A stretch of 64,000 bases of DNA from Octopus vulgaris (Eukaryota): NCBI GenBank assembly GCA_951406725.2, contig OX597838.1:22940001-23004000 (forward strand), read 5' to 3'. This document shows positions 10,306 to 24,590 of the stretch, piece by piece. The position numbers were made by a program, and so were the translations under genes. Every line of letters starts with the position of its first letter. Positions within the stretch are counted from its first letter, which is position 1. The notes beneath the pieces are model-generated. The model saw nothing but the letters and a program-made list of their open reading frames with translations, ran no database searches and was not told the origin of the DNA.

Positions 10306-13300
10306 TATCTGTGGAGCGCTCAGCCACTTAATTTCACAAGCAGGCTGTTCCATTGGTTGGATCAACTGGAACCCTCATTGGCATAACTGACAGTGTGGCA
10401 TATATATTATAGACACTAGAACATTAAGAGTATGTATGTCTGTGGAGCGCTCAGCCACTTGCACATAAATATCACAAGCGGGCTGTTCCATTGGTTGGAT
10501 CAACTGGAACCCTCATTGTCATAACTGACAGAGTGGCATATATATTATAGACACCAGAACATTAAGAGTATGTATGTCTGTGGAGCGCTCAGCCACTTGC
10601 ACATTCATTTCACAAGCAGGCTGTTCCATTGGTTGAATCATCTAGACACCAGAACATTAAGAGTATGTATGTCTGTGGAGCGCTCAGCCACTTGCACATT
10701 AATATCACAAGCAGGCTGTTCCATTGGTTGGATCATCTAGACACCAGAACATTAAGAGTATGTATGTCTGAGGAGCGCTCAGCCACTTGCACATTAATAT
10801 CACAAGCGGGCTGTTCCATTGGTTGGATCAACTGGAACCCTCATTGTCATAACTGACAGAGTGGCATATATATTATAGACACTAGAACATTAAGAGTATG
10901 TATGTCTGTGGAGCGCTCAGCCACTTGCACATTAATATCACAAGCAGGCTGTTCCATTGGTTGGATCAACTGGAACCCTCATTGCCATAATTGACAGAGT
11001 GGCATATATATTATAGACACCAGAACATTAAGAGTATGTATGTCTGAGGAGCGCTCAGCCACTTGCACATTAATTTCACAAGCAGGCCGTTCCATTGGTT
11101 GAATCATCTAGACACCAGAACATTAAGAGTATGTATGTCTGTGGAGCGCTCAGCCACTTGCACATTCATTTCACAAGCAGGCTGTTCCATTGGTTGAATC
11201 ATCTAGACACCAGAACATTAAGAGTATGTATGTCTGTGGAGCGCTCAGCCACTTGCACATTAATATCACAAGCAGGCTGTTCCATTGGTTGGATCAACTG
11301 GAACCCTCATTGTCATAACTGACAGAGTGGCATATATATTATAGACACCAGAACATTAAGAGTATGTATGTCTGAGGAGCGCTCAGCCACTTGCACATTA
11401 ATTTCACAAGCGGGCTGTTCCATTGGTTGGATCAACTGGAACCCTCATTGTCATAACTGACAGAGTGGCATATATATTATAGACACCAGAACATTAAGAG
11501 TATGTATGTCTGAGGAGCGCTCAGCCACTTGCACATTAATATCACAAGCGGGCTGTTCCATTGGTTGGATCAACTGGAACCCTCATTGTCATAACTGACA
11601 GAGTGGCATGTATATTATAGACACCAGAACATTAAGAGTATGTATGTCTGAGGAGCGCTCAGCCACTTGCACATTAATTTCACAAGCAGGCCGTTCCATT
11701 GGTTGAATCATCTAGACACCAGAACATTAAGAGTATGTATGTCTGTGGAGCGCTCAGCCACTTGCACATTCATTTCACAAGCAGGCTGTTCCATTGGTTG
11801 AATCATCTAGACACCAGAACATTAAGAGTATGTATGTCTGTGGAGCGCTCAGCCACTTGCACATTAATATCACAAGCAGGCTGTTCCATTGGTTGGATCA
11901 ACTGGAACCCTCATTGCCATAATTGACAGAGTGGCATGTATATTATAGACACCAGAACATTAAGAGTATGTATGTCTGTGGAGCGCTCAGCCACTTGCAC
12001 ATTAATATCACAAGCGGGCTGTTCCATTGGTTGGATCAACTGGAACCCTCATTGTCATAACTGACAGAGTGGCATGTATATTATAGACACCAGAACATTA
12101 AGAGTATGTATGTCTGAGGAGCGCTCAGCCACTTGCACATTAATTTCACAAGCAGGCCGTTCCATTGGTTGAATCATCTAGACACCAGAACATTAAGAGT
12201 ATGTATGTCTGTGGAGCGCTCAGCCACTTGCACATTCATTTCACAAGCAGGCTGTTCCATTGGTTGAATCATCTAGACACCAGAACATTAAGAGTATGTA
12301 TGTCTGTGGAGCGCTCAGCCACTTGCACATTAATATCACAAGCAGGCTGTTCCATTGGTTGGATCAACTGGAACCCTCATTGCCATAATTGACAGAGTGG
12401 CATGTATATTATAGACACCAGAACATTAAGAGTATGTATGTCTGTGGAGCGCTCAGCCACTTGCACATTCATTTCACAAGCAGGCTGTTCCATTGGTTGA
12501 ATCATCTAGACACCAGAACATTAAGAGTATGTATGTCTGTGGAGCGCTCAGCCACTTGCACATTAATATCACAAGCAGGCTGTTCCATTGGTTGGATCAA
12601 CTGGAACCCTCATTGCCATAATTGACAGAGTGGCATGTATATTATAGACACCAGAACATTAAGAGTATGTATGTCTGTGGAGCGCTCAGCCACTTGCACA
12701 TTCATTTCACAAGCAGGCTGTTCCATTGGTTGAATCATCTAGACACCAGAACATTAAGAGTATGTATGTCTGTGGAGCGCTCAGCCACTTGCACATTAAT
12801 TTCACAAGCAGGCCGTTCCATTGGTTGAATCATCTAGACACCAGAACATTAAGAGTATGTATGTCTGTGGAGCACTCAGCCACTTGCACATTAATTTCAC
12901 AAGCAGGCCGTTCCATTGGTTGAATCATCTAGACACTAGAACATTAAGAGTATGTATGTCTGTGGAGCACTCAGCCACTTGCACATTAATTTCACAAGCA
13001 GGCCGTTCCATTGGTTGAATCATCTAGACACTAGAACATTAAGAGTATGTATGTCTGTGGAGCGCTCAGCCACTTGCACATTAATTTTACAAGCAGGCCG
13101 TTCCATTGGTTGAATCATCTAGACACTAGAACATTAAGAGTATGTATGTCTGTGGAGCACTCAGCCACTTGCACATTAATTTCACAAGCAGGCCGTTCCA
13201 TTGGTTGAATCATCTAGACACTAGAACATTAAGAGTATGTATGTCTGTGGAGCACTCAGCCACTTGCACATTAATTTCACAAGCAGGCTGTTCCATTGGT

Positions 13301-14005
13301 TGAATCATCTAGACACTAGAACATTAAGAGTATGTATGTCTGTGGAGCGCTCAGCCACTTGCACATTCATTTCACAAGCAGGCTGTTCCATTGGTTGAAT
13401 CATCTAGACACTAGAACATTAAGAGTATGTATGTCTGTGGAGCACTCAGCCACTTGCACATTCATTTCACAAGCAGGCTGTTCCATTGGTTGAATCATCT
13501 AGACACTAGAACATTAAGAGTATGTATGTCTGTGGAGCACTCAGCCACTTGCACATTCATTTCACAAGCAGGCTGTTCCATTGGTTGAATCATCTAGACA
13601 CTAGAACATTAAGAGTATGTATGTCTGTGGAGCACTCAGCCACTTGCACATTAATTTCACAAGCAGGCCGTTCCATTGGTTGAATCATCTAGACACTAGA
13701 ACATTAAGAGTATGTATGTCTGTGGAGCACTCAGCCACTTGCACATTAATTTCACAAGCAGGCCGTTCCATTGGTTGAATCATCTAGACACTAGAACATT
13801 AAGAGTATGTATGTCTGTGGAGCACTCAGCCACTTGCACATTAATTTCACAAGCAGGCCGTTCCATTGGTTGAATCATCTAGACACTAGAACATTAAGAG
13901 TATGTATGTCTGTGGAGCACTCAGCCACTTGCACATTAATTTTACAAGCAGGCCTTTCTGTTGATTGGATCAACTGGAACCCTCCTTCATTGTCGTAACC
14001 GACAA
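10306..14005 (+). repeat. SINE-tail-derived satellite: ~34 units of 138 bp (L) and 95 bp (S)
   Basis: Unit starts agacac(c/t)agaacattaagag at 10411, 10549, 10644, 10739 ... 13881. Order L SS LL SS LLL SS LL SS L S L, then 13 S and a terminal unit. Confidence 0.95.
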
Positions 14006-14298
14006 GGAGCCAAGAGCAGTAACATTGTAGGTTAATAAAACATTTGGAAACCCAAACTTCAGTGTTACCATTGCCCACAAACGCAACCTACCTCACACTT
14101 CAAACAACCAACAAAGGACACATGGCTAATTGTCTCACTAAACGTGTACCTGAAACACAGTCCAATATATTCCTCTACAGAGTGGGGATGGTCATGCCAG
14201 GGATCATCACAGCTCTGCACTTTAGATCACAGCTCTGCTGGATTATGATTGATCTGGCACTAAACAACCACGACGATAATAAGAAATAAGAAACTTAC

Positions 14299-14420
14299 CT
14301 GATGCTGCTGTTTACGTCTAATGAGAAATTTGTAAAAGAAAAATTTCCGCTGCCACCATCGTAGAATTCTATAAAATCCTCCTGTGCATTATTACCAATA
14401 TACACTTCACTGATCCACAC
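14299..14420 (-). CDS. Coding exon 2: VWISEVYIGNNAQEDFIEFYDGGSGNFSFTNFSLDVNSSI(R), start of LTD-like domain
   Basis: Acceptor aacAG|, donor AG|GTAAGT, 122 nt, phase 0 to 2, open frame. The hhISEV...DFIEFYDGG.G...L motif resembles the N-terminus of lamin-tail domains in secreted proteins. Confidence 0.85.
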
Positions 14421-14422
14421 CT

Positions 14423-14461
<39 letters not shown>

Positions 14462-14556
14462 TTTGTCTTGGTATAAAAGACGGGCTATAGCAAATATTCT
14501 GTTTTAAGGAGGACAACATAGAGAAAAATATTTTGTTAATAATAGTAGTAGTAGTG

Positions 14557-14598
<42 letters not shown>

Positions 14599-15265
14599 GT
14601 AAGAATAATGATGATGATAATAATAATAATAATAAATGCCCGGATGCAGTACCAGGCTGTGGCTCTTGTGGTTTCTGATCTTAACTGATTGGAAGTGTTA
14701 TCATGAACATTGTTCTGTCTTGGTATAAAAGATGGACTACAGCAAATATTCTGCTCAATACCACAGATTTGCTTGTCAGTTGTTTGACCTTAACCAGTTG
14801 AACATGTCTCTTGGTGGCTGACAATATGTGCATCTCTGATCATGAGCAGAAGTAGTGGGGTAGCATCATAGCCATGTGTTGAGAGGGATTCTTGGAAGTT
14901 TGGGGGTTTGATGTAATTGACTAGCTTCCCTCTCCAAGAATTTCAGGCCTTGTACCTTTAGTAGAAAAGGATTATTATTATTATTGTTGTATTAAAACTC
15001 ACAGCTTACACATATATATATATGTGTGTGTGTGTGTGTGTATTTTTGGGTGTCTGTGTTTGTCACTCCAACATCGCTTGACAACCGATGCTGGTGTATT
15101 TACGTCCCCATAACTTAGCGGTTCAGCAAAAGAGACCGATAGAATAAGTACTAAGCTTACAAAGAATACGTCCTGGGGTCGATTTGCTCGACTAAAGGTG
15201 GTGCTCCTGCATGGCCACAGTCAAATGACTGAAATAAGTAAAAGAGTAACATCATTATCATTTAA

Positions 15266-15484
15266 CCCTTTTGATATCAACCCAGCTAAAACTGGCTCTG
15301 GCTCTGAGTACAAATGTCTTGTTTCCATAAGTTTTGAATTAAAATCTTCCACTAAACCTTAGTCACAATTTATGTTCCTAACTCTAGCTTAATGATAACT
15401 AAGTTATTTTACTAAATTCTTTGTTATATTTAAAGTAAATGAAAGAAACACAGAGCATTTAAAATAAATACAGTAACGAAAGGG
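15266..15484 (+). mobile_element. piggyBac-like MITE
   Basis: TTAA|CCCTTT...AAAGGG|TTAA; reverse copy at 48465-48910. Confidence 0.75.
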
Positions 15485-15749
15485 TTAATGTCCACTTGTC
15501 ATGCTAGCATGGGTTGGACAGTTTGACTGAAAACTAGTAAGCTAGGGAGCTGCACCAGGTTTCAATATGATTTAGCAGGGTTTCTTATGGCTGGATGCCC
15601 TTCCTAATGCCACATAGTTAAAAATCAAGAAAGGGGTAAGATCAAGACAGAGAATGATCAAGAGAGAGAAACATACAAAAGGCAGTACAGATAATGATGA
15701 GGATCAAAAAAAAAAATAGAGAGAATGGAAAGAGAAAGTGAAAGTATAC

Positions 15750-15833
15750 CTTTGGCAGTGTTTCGGTGAGTGAAAGACATGTGGAAGCCAGCAGCAGTAG
15801 TAACAATAAGTATGGTAAAATTTTAGCGGACAT
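15750..15833 (-). CDS. First coding exon (signal peptide MSAKILPYLLLLLLLASTCLSLTETLPK) of a secreted LTD-like repeat protein
   Basis: Polypyrimidine acceptor ttcttttatctctgtttcAG|aaATG (exon starts 15835, so untranslated exon(s) lie upstream). Classic n/h/c signal peptide. Donor AAG|GTATAC, phase 0, joins in frame to the exon at 14420. Confidence 0.8.
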
Positions 15834-16008
15834 TTCTGAAACAGAGATAAAAGAAAGTCATTTCCATGCATCATTAATTGATTAATTTGAAATATTGCTA
15901 ATGAATGCAATTTTGCTTAAATTAGATAGGACATTTTAAGATTAATCATGGTTTTGTGTTTGATATAAATAGCAGTCACTGTGGAGAGAAAAAGTTTCAG
16001 TCATTCTA

Positions 16009-16195
16009 TCAATGAGGATGTCCTGCAAACCCCAGTGGAACAAAATCCCATCATAACTGTTGAGGAACTAGCAGAGAAGCTGGGATTTGGCTCTTCAACC
16101 ATTCATTGACACCTGTGTGCCATCTGAAAAGTCAGCAAATTGGGTCAATGGGTTCTTCACAAATTTTCCGAGTCTAATCGCATGCAGAGAGTGAA
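16009..16195 (+). repeat. 187-bp exact inverted copy of 20473-20659 (mariner fragment)
   Basis: Base-by-base reverse-complement identity, including the inactivating stop codons. Confidence 0.9.
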
Positions 16196-16330
16196 AAAGT
16201 TAGGCATATGTTGTCTGACGAGCCTTCAAACAGAGACGAAACTTGTCAGTTTAATCCCAGCTTTTTATACGCATGGAGACTGAACAAAACTTGTTTACAC
16301 TTATTTACATTTTGAAAGGTGATTTATATA

Positions 16331-17151
16331 GGTGCAAGAATGGCTGCATGGTAAGAAGCTTGCTTCCCTACTACATGATTCTGGGTTCAGTCCCACCGTG
16401 TGGCAACTTGGGCAAATGTTTCTATGACAGTGTTGGGTTGGCCAAAGCCTCGAGTGGATTTGGTAGATGGAAACTGAAAGAATCCTGTCGTATATGCGCA
16501 CACGTGTGTGTGTTTGTCCCCACCAACACTTGAAAACCGGTGTTGGTTTGTTAACATCCCCGTAACTTAACAGTTTGGCAGAGATAGAATAAGTACCAAG
16601 CTTTAAAAACAAAATACAAGTACTGGGGCTGATTCGTTTGACTAAATCTTCTTCGAAGGTAGTGCTCCAGCATGGCCACAACCAAGAACACAACAGACAG
16701 CCCAGTCTTAGAATTGAGCTATCTCACTAAACACCGAGCCATGCGCATATATATATATATATATATATATGTTTTAGTCATCTGACTAAGGCCATACTGG
16801 AGCACAGCCTTTAGTCAAAGAAATCGACCCCAGGACATTCTTTGTAAGCCTAGTACTTATTCGATCAGTCTCCTTTTTAGGACCACTAAGTTTCAGGGAC
16901 ATAAACACACCAACATCAGTTTCTAAGCAATGCTAGGGGTAATAAGTACAGATGCAAATAAATAGACATAAATATATATATGTGTATAGGACAGACTTCT
17001 TTCAGTTCCCGTCACCCAAATCCACTCACAAAGCTTTGGCCGGTCCTAGATTATAGTAGAAGATACTTGCCCAAGGTGCCATGCAGTAGGGCTGAACCTG
17101 GAACCATGTGGTTGGGAAGCAAACTTCTTACCACACAGCTAAACCTGTGCC
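16331..17151. mobile_element. Two convergent SINE A copies (+ 16331-16685, - 16771-17151)
   Basis: Family match, diverged. Confidence 0.75.
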
Positions 17152-17164
17152 TATATATATATAT

Positions 17165-17198
<34 letters not shown>

Positions 17199-17457
17199 AA
17201 ATATAAATAAAGGCAGCAAGCTGGCAGAATTGTTTGTTAGATCACCGGGCAAAATGCTTAGTGGTATTTCATCTGCTGCTAAGTTCCGAGTTCAAATTCT
17301 GCTGAGGTCAACCTTGCCTTTCATCCTTTCAGGGTCAATAAATTAAGTGCCTGTTGCATACTGGGGTCGATCTAATTGACTAGTTCCCTCCCGCAAAATT
17401 TCAGGCCTTATACCTATAGTACATACATACATACATATATATACATACATACATACA

Positions 17458-17545
<88 letters not shown>

Positions 17546-17571
17546 CATACATACATATACATACATACATA

Positions 17572-17603
<32 letters not shown>

Positions 17604-18702
17604 CATACATACATACATACATATATATATATATATACACATATACATATATATATATATATATGTGCGTGTGTGTGTGTGTGTGTATATGTATGTATGT
17701 GTGTGTGTAAGAGAGAGAGGGAGTTTTGTTGCTTACATTGTTGGGTGGCCCTAGGTAACCCGGGGTCATGGTGGAAAGGGACCAAAACACCTACCAAGCT
17801 GCTGCACAGCTAGATGAGACATGAACTCCTGCATTCAGGGACAAATAACAGCAATACCCTCAGCATGCAAAGTATCTACCCTAAAATGTGTGTGTGAGAG
17901 AGACAGGCTTCCACACACAATCTCCACTGGCCAAATTTATTCACAAGGCATTGCTCAGCCCTAAGTTATAGTGGGACTGAACCTGAAACCACCTGTCCTT
18001 GGAAAACGAGTTACTTAACCAACACAGCCACCTCTGCGTGTGGAACTGTTGTATGCAATGTGTTCTAGTTGAGTGGGATTCGAGGGAATTTGGCTGCTAT
18101 TTTCCTAATAATGATCACGCAGACATTTGCTCTTTATCTTTATTGTTGTAAACAGGGGAAAGAGGTCAACTGAAGTTGTCTGACTGCATTTTGCCACATA
18201 CACACACATAAACATATACACTTGAACACACTTGCACACACACACACACACACACGCACACTCTCTTTCTTTCTCACACACATACACCCACAGACAATCA
18301 CACACACACACACACATATACACACAGTCACATACACATGTGCATACATTCACAGCCTCACATATACACCCACACATATATATTCAGGCAGCAAGGACGC
18401 TGTTTACTTTGTTGTCATATAACGTTGCACATATCTAGAAAAACATTTTCGTATCAATTTTACTGCATAATAAATTTCCCAGTGACAACAACAACAACAG
18501 CAGCAGCAGCAGCATCAGTAGTGTGCAAAACAAAAAATAGGAACAACAACAACAACAGTAACAGCTGGTACTTAATAGTAGCAGTTGCTACATCATTACC
18601 TTCCTGCAGCAACGTAGTAACATAGCTATATGCAATGTACCCCCAGGCGACCTACCGTTGTATAACCAACAGTAATGTAACCTGCCATCACATAACATAC
18701 CT

Positions 18703-19200
<498 letters not shown>

Positions 19201-19420
19201 TGGAAAAGTCAGGTAACCTCTCATGAGTAATATATGATCTGGTAACCTACCCTTATATAATTTATCTTTATCATGCATAACCTCAGGTAACACACCCTTA
19301 GATAACCTAAACTCAACTAACGAACTCAGGGGTAAATTTGCTCAGGTCACCCACCTTTCGGTAACATTTGCTCAGATCACCCAATCAAGGGTAACATTTA
19401 CTTTTTTTAAAGACTTTTCC

Positions 19421-19942
19421 ACTCTTTTACTCCTTTACTTGTTTCAGTCATTTGACTGTGACCATGCTGGAGCACCACCTTTAGTCGAGCAAATCGACTC
19501 CAGGATTTATTCTTTGTAAGCCTAGTACTTATGCTATCAGGCTTTTTTGCCGAACCGCTAAGTTATGGGGATGTAAACACACCAGCATCAGTTGTCAAGC
19601 GATGTTGGGGCGACAAACACAGACACATAAACATATACACACGTACATATATATATATGACGGGCTCCTTTTAGTTTCCATCTACCAAATTCACTCTCCA
19701 GGCTTTGGTCAGCCCGAGGCTATAGTAGAAGACACTTGCCCAAGGTGCTACGCAGTGGGACTGAACCCGGAACCATGTGGTTGGTAAGCAAGCTATTTAC
19801 CACAGTCACTCCTGCGCCTATATATATATATATATATGCCCGAGGCTATAGTAGAAGACACTTGCCCAAGGTGCTACGCAGTGGGACTGAACCCGGAACC
19901 ATGTGGTTGGTAAGCAAGCTATTTACCACAGTCACTCCTGCG

Positions 19943-19975
<33 letters not shown>

Positions 19976-20131
19976 CGGGCTTCTTTTAGTTTCCATCTAC
20001 CAAATTCACTCACAAGGCTTTGGTCAGCCCGAGGCTATAGTAGAAGACACTTGCCCAAGGTGCTACGCAGTGGGACTGAACCCGGAACCATGTGGTTGGT
20101 AAGCAAGCTATTTACCACAGTCACTCCTGCG

Positions 20132-20194
<63 letters not shown>

Positions 20195-20351
20195 CGGGCT
20201 TCTTTTAGTTTCCATCTACCAAATTCACTCACAAGGCTTTGGTCAGCCCGAGGCTATAGTAGAAGACACTTGCCCAAGGTGCTACGCAGTGGGACTGAAC
20301 CCGGAACCATGTGGTTGGTAAGCAAGCTATTTACCACAGTCACTCCTACGC
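19421..20351 (-). mobile_element. SINE A with its head tandemly quadruplicated between (TA)n tracts
   Basis: Four near-identical gcccgaggctatag...cactcctgcgcc units. Confidence 0.85.
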
Positions 20352-20429
20352 CTGTTTACTTCCTGTGCATAATCTACAGTTGTGGCCAAAAGTTGGGAAC
20401 ACTTTTTGTAAAATTAAAATTGTTGTGTC

Positions 20430-21046
20430 AATTTTAGGTTCATTCATGAGACGTGACAGCAAAGAGCATACATTCACTCTCTGCATGCGATTAGACTCGG
20501 AAAATTTGTGAAGAACCCATTGACCCAATTTGCTGACTTTTCAGATGGCACACAGGTGTCAATGAATGGTTGAAGAGCCAAATCCCAGCTTCTCTGCTAG
20601 TTCCTCAACAGTTATGATGGGATTTTGTTCCACTGGGGTTTGCAGGACATCCTCATTGAGCTCTACAAATCTTCCAGGACAAGGCTCATCTTCTAGGTTG
20701 TAGTTTCCGGCTCAGAATTCCTGGAACCATTGTTGACATTGGCTTATGTTTATTGTTCGAACCCCATATACTGCATTAATATTCCTTGCACTTTCCATTG
20801 CGTTGTTGTCTTTATTGAACTCATAAAGCAAAATATATCAAATATATTCCTTTGTCACTTCCATTATAGCTTTGGAAAAATAACTGTTGAAACCAAACTG
20901 CACTTTTCAAAACTTGCACTAAGAATAAGTACAAGGTGAAATGACTACCTGCTTTTATAGCAAGTTGATGCAGGTAGTTTATCCTGTCCCCATCCAACTT
21001 TTAGTTCATGCAATTGAAAAACCCGCATTATTTATGGGATGACCCT
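20430..21046 (-). mobile_element. 5' half of a decayed mariner
   Basis: TIR-like TAGGGTCATCCCATAAATAATGCGG. Remnant HTH region and K.GQWVLHK (WVPH motif) with stop codons; truncated before the catalytic domain. Confidence 0.75.
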
Positions 21047-22431
21047 AGCATGCTGGGCGAAATGCTAAGCGGTATTTCGTTTGTCATTACTTTTCTGAGT
21101 GCAAATTCTGCTGAGGTCGACTTTGCCTTTCATCCTTTCAGGGCTGATAAATTAAGTACCAGTTGTGTACTAGGGTCGATCTAATCGACTGACCCCCTTC
21201 TCAAAAATTTCAGGCCTTGTGCCTAGAGTAGAAAAGATTTACTATCTGTCATTTGCTAATTTTCTGTGACCTTCTAAGCCCATGTCCATAGTACTGGAGC
21301 AGTGACCATTCAATGCAGAGAAGTGGTGGCTCAACTTGGAGAGATTCCTTGATCTTCAAGCTATGCACCGAGTCAAGTAAACTCTGACAGAGCAGATATA
21401 TAAATCAAAGGTATTTCAACCATGACCATCCCATCTTTTTTCTTACGGGCAGATAACCCAGGACCACGTTATCAAATATGCCCATTTCAAAGATGCTTGA
21501 TAGTGGTTCAAAGGAGATTTGGCTGTTACTTCTAGCAGATCTAGCAGTCATGTAGAGGCTACTTTGTTGCTGTTGTTGATGTTGTGAGTGGTTAAGGAGA
21601 TGGATGCTGTAGCAGTAGTGGAGGTGGTGGTAGTGGCAACTGTGATGACGGAGGATGAAGCAGAAGCAGTGGTGGTGGTGGTAGTTGAGGTAGTAGTAAT
21701 AGTAGTAGTGGTGGTAGCAGTAGTGGTGGTAGCAGTAGTGGTGGTGTTAGTAGTAGTAGCAGCAGCAATAGTTTAGCTCCAGGTCAGCCTTAAACGAAAA
21801 GACCTATGACCAAAAACAATCCAGTTATGACCACCTTGCCTGTCTTAATTTTTTTCCAGACATTAAATGATGTAATTCTAGGCAATGCATACTTTGTCTT
21901 TTAAAAAATGGTAAGATAATGTTTGGGGAGGGTGGATTAGGCTACTATTTCTAGCAGAACGAGCAAGCATGTAGAAGCTTCTTCTTTATTGCTGCTTCTG
22001 TTGTTGCCCACTTGTCTGGACTTGAATAGTGACCACATCGTTCAATATCCAGCCAAGCCACATGTGGCCTCTCACTACAAGTTATTACATGAATTCATGC
22101 ACACAAACACACACAGATACTAGTACGCACATACACATGCATATATATATATATACACACACACATATATATACACATATACATATGTTTAGTGATGTAA
22201 ACAGGAAAATAGAACTGAAAACATGAATATATATACATTTTTTTACACTAAATTCTGCTAATAATTAATACAAAACATACACATATCTACAGGCATAAAT
22301 ACATACAACACACACTCACATATATATACACATACACACATATACACATATATGCACACACACAGACACACGTATATACATGCATGTGTGTGTGTGAATA
22401 TATATATATATATATATACACACACATGCAC

Positions 22432-22466
<35 letters not shown>

Positions 22467-22949
22467 TGCACATATATACACACACATATATATTTATCCA
22501 CCCACTTATTTTAAGTTGAATATACTAAATCAATAATATATGCATATGTGTGTGTGTGTGTGTTTCAAAGCATGTGGCCTAGCAGTTAAAGTATTATATT
22601 CCCAGCCATAAGGTCACTAGTTCGATTTTTGGATCAGGTAGCATATTGTACCCTTGAGTATTTCATTCCACACTGTGCCAGTCCACTTTGCTGAACACAA
22701 GTTACCCAGCCTAGTTCTGTCATGGTACTTTCTCTCTTCCCAGCTGACATACTCCCTCCACCCAGTCTTTCACATTTGCTCAAGTCACATTATCGAAGGT
22801 CACCTACTCATGGGATGGGCAGAGAGTGTGTCAGTGTCTGCTTGTAGCTACATAGGCAACAGAAACAGTTAGTGAAAGGATAGTATACATCACCAGATGA
22901 TATTTTCTTCTGAGTGATGGCTTTGGTTTTATATCTTTTTATCCTTTTA

Positions 22950-23506
22950 TTTTTTTTTATCTTTTACTGGTTTCAGTTACTAGACTGTGGCCATGCTGGG
23001 AAAACACCTTGAAAATTTTTAATCAAATGAATCAACCCCAGTGCTTAAATTTTTTGTTAAGCCTGGTACTTATTCGATCAGTCTTTTTTGCTTAACTGCT
23101 AAGTTTCGGGGGTTATAAACACAAACACAAAGATACACACACGGAGATATATATATATATATCTGACACCCACTTCGGTCATAAATGACCATGGGATTGC
23201 ACCTAGAAAGTTACCCTCCTAGGCACAAGTTTGGACAAGGTTGTTTATGGAAGACCAGCAGTTGCCCATGCATACCGGCCTCCCCTCTCCACGTCACTGA
23301 TGTTATCCAAGGGAAAGGCAAAGGGGCTGATACAGCTTGGCACCAGTGACATTGCAACTCATTTCTTCAGCTGAGTTAACTGGAGCAACGTGAAATAAAG
23401 CGTCTTGCTCAAGAATACAACATGCAGTCCAGGCCAGGATTTGAGCTCACAACCTCACGATCGTAAGCTCAATGCTCTAACCACTGAGTCATGCACCTTC
23501 ACTATA

Positions 23507-23554
<48 letters not shown>

Positions 23555-23695
23555 GTACAATGTGATTCTTTCAGTGTCCGTCTACCAAATCCACTCACAA
23601 GGCTTTGTTTGGTCCAAAGCTGCAGTAGAATACACTAGCTCAAGGTAGCACGCAGTGGGACTGAACCTGGAACCAAACTTCTTACCACACAGCCA
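22950..23695 (-). mobile_element. SINE A split by a SINE D insertion (23165-23500, -)
   Basis: Tail 22950-23130, head 23560-23695; the insert matches 41422-41755 in reverse. Confidence 0.7.
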
Positions 23696-24180
23696 CCAGT
23701 GCGAAAATGGCTGCGTGGTTAAGAAGTCTGCTTCTCAACCATGTAGTCTCAGGTTCAATTCCATTGTGCAGCACCATGGGTAGTTTATACCAGCTGACCG
23801 ATCAAGATGACAACTTAGCCACCCAGCAAACAGAGACCAATATAAAAAAAAAAAATAGCAGACCAAAATACTGAGGTTGTTATGATTGAGGCAACTTCTT
23901 GCAGCATGGTTGCAGTCTAATGACAGAAAACAATAAAAAGTAAGTAGGTAGGTAGGTAGGTAGGTAAGTAGGTAGACAGGTAGGTAGACAGGTAGAAAGA
24001 TAGATGATGTCGAGAATAGTGTAGATGAAGAGGGTAGCAGAGAAGAGGAAAATAATTATTTCTAAATATAAAACTGGTTCCCAGCTTATCTTGACCATCT
24101 TGTTTGTGGCCCAGGGTAAGGGAGGAGGTTCTCAGAACATTCACCTCTATTGCCTCTCCCTCTTCTTCCTGATATGTTCA

Positions 24181-24214
<34 letters not shown>

Positions 24215-24330
24215 CTTTCCCACTATTTTTCTTGATATCGGGCCAATAATTTAAGATTAGCAACAGAGCTAACTTTAATCCAAACCACTTCATAAACACA
24301 CACACACATACACACACAGATGGACATATA

Positions 24331-24545
24331 CTCTTTTACGTGTTTCAGTCATTTGACTGCAGCCATGCTGGAGCACCGCCTTTAGTCGAGCAAATCGACC
24401 CCAGGACTTACTCTTTGTAAGCCCAGTACTTTATTCTATTGGTCTCTTTTGCCGAACCGCTAAGTTACGGGGGACGTAAACACACCAGCATCGGTTGTCA
24501 AGCAATGCTAGGGGGACAAACACAGACACACAAACACATACACAC

Positions 24546-24590
<45 letters not shown>

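Noticed and set aside
10306-14005. CRISPR-like array, or repeated 75-aa ORFs (MVESSRHQ...)
   Set aside because: No unique spacers, no cas genes, eukaryotic context; units are SINE-tail copies and the ORFs are incidental.
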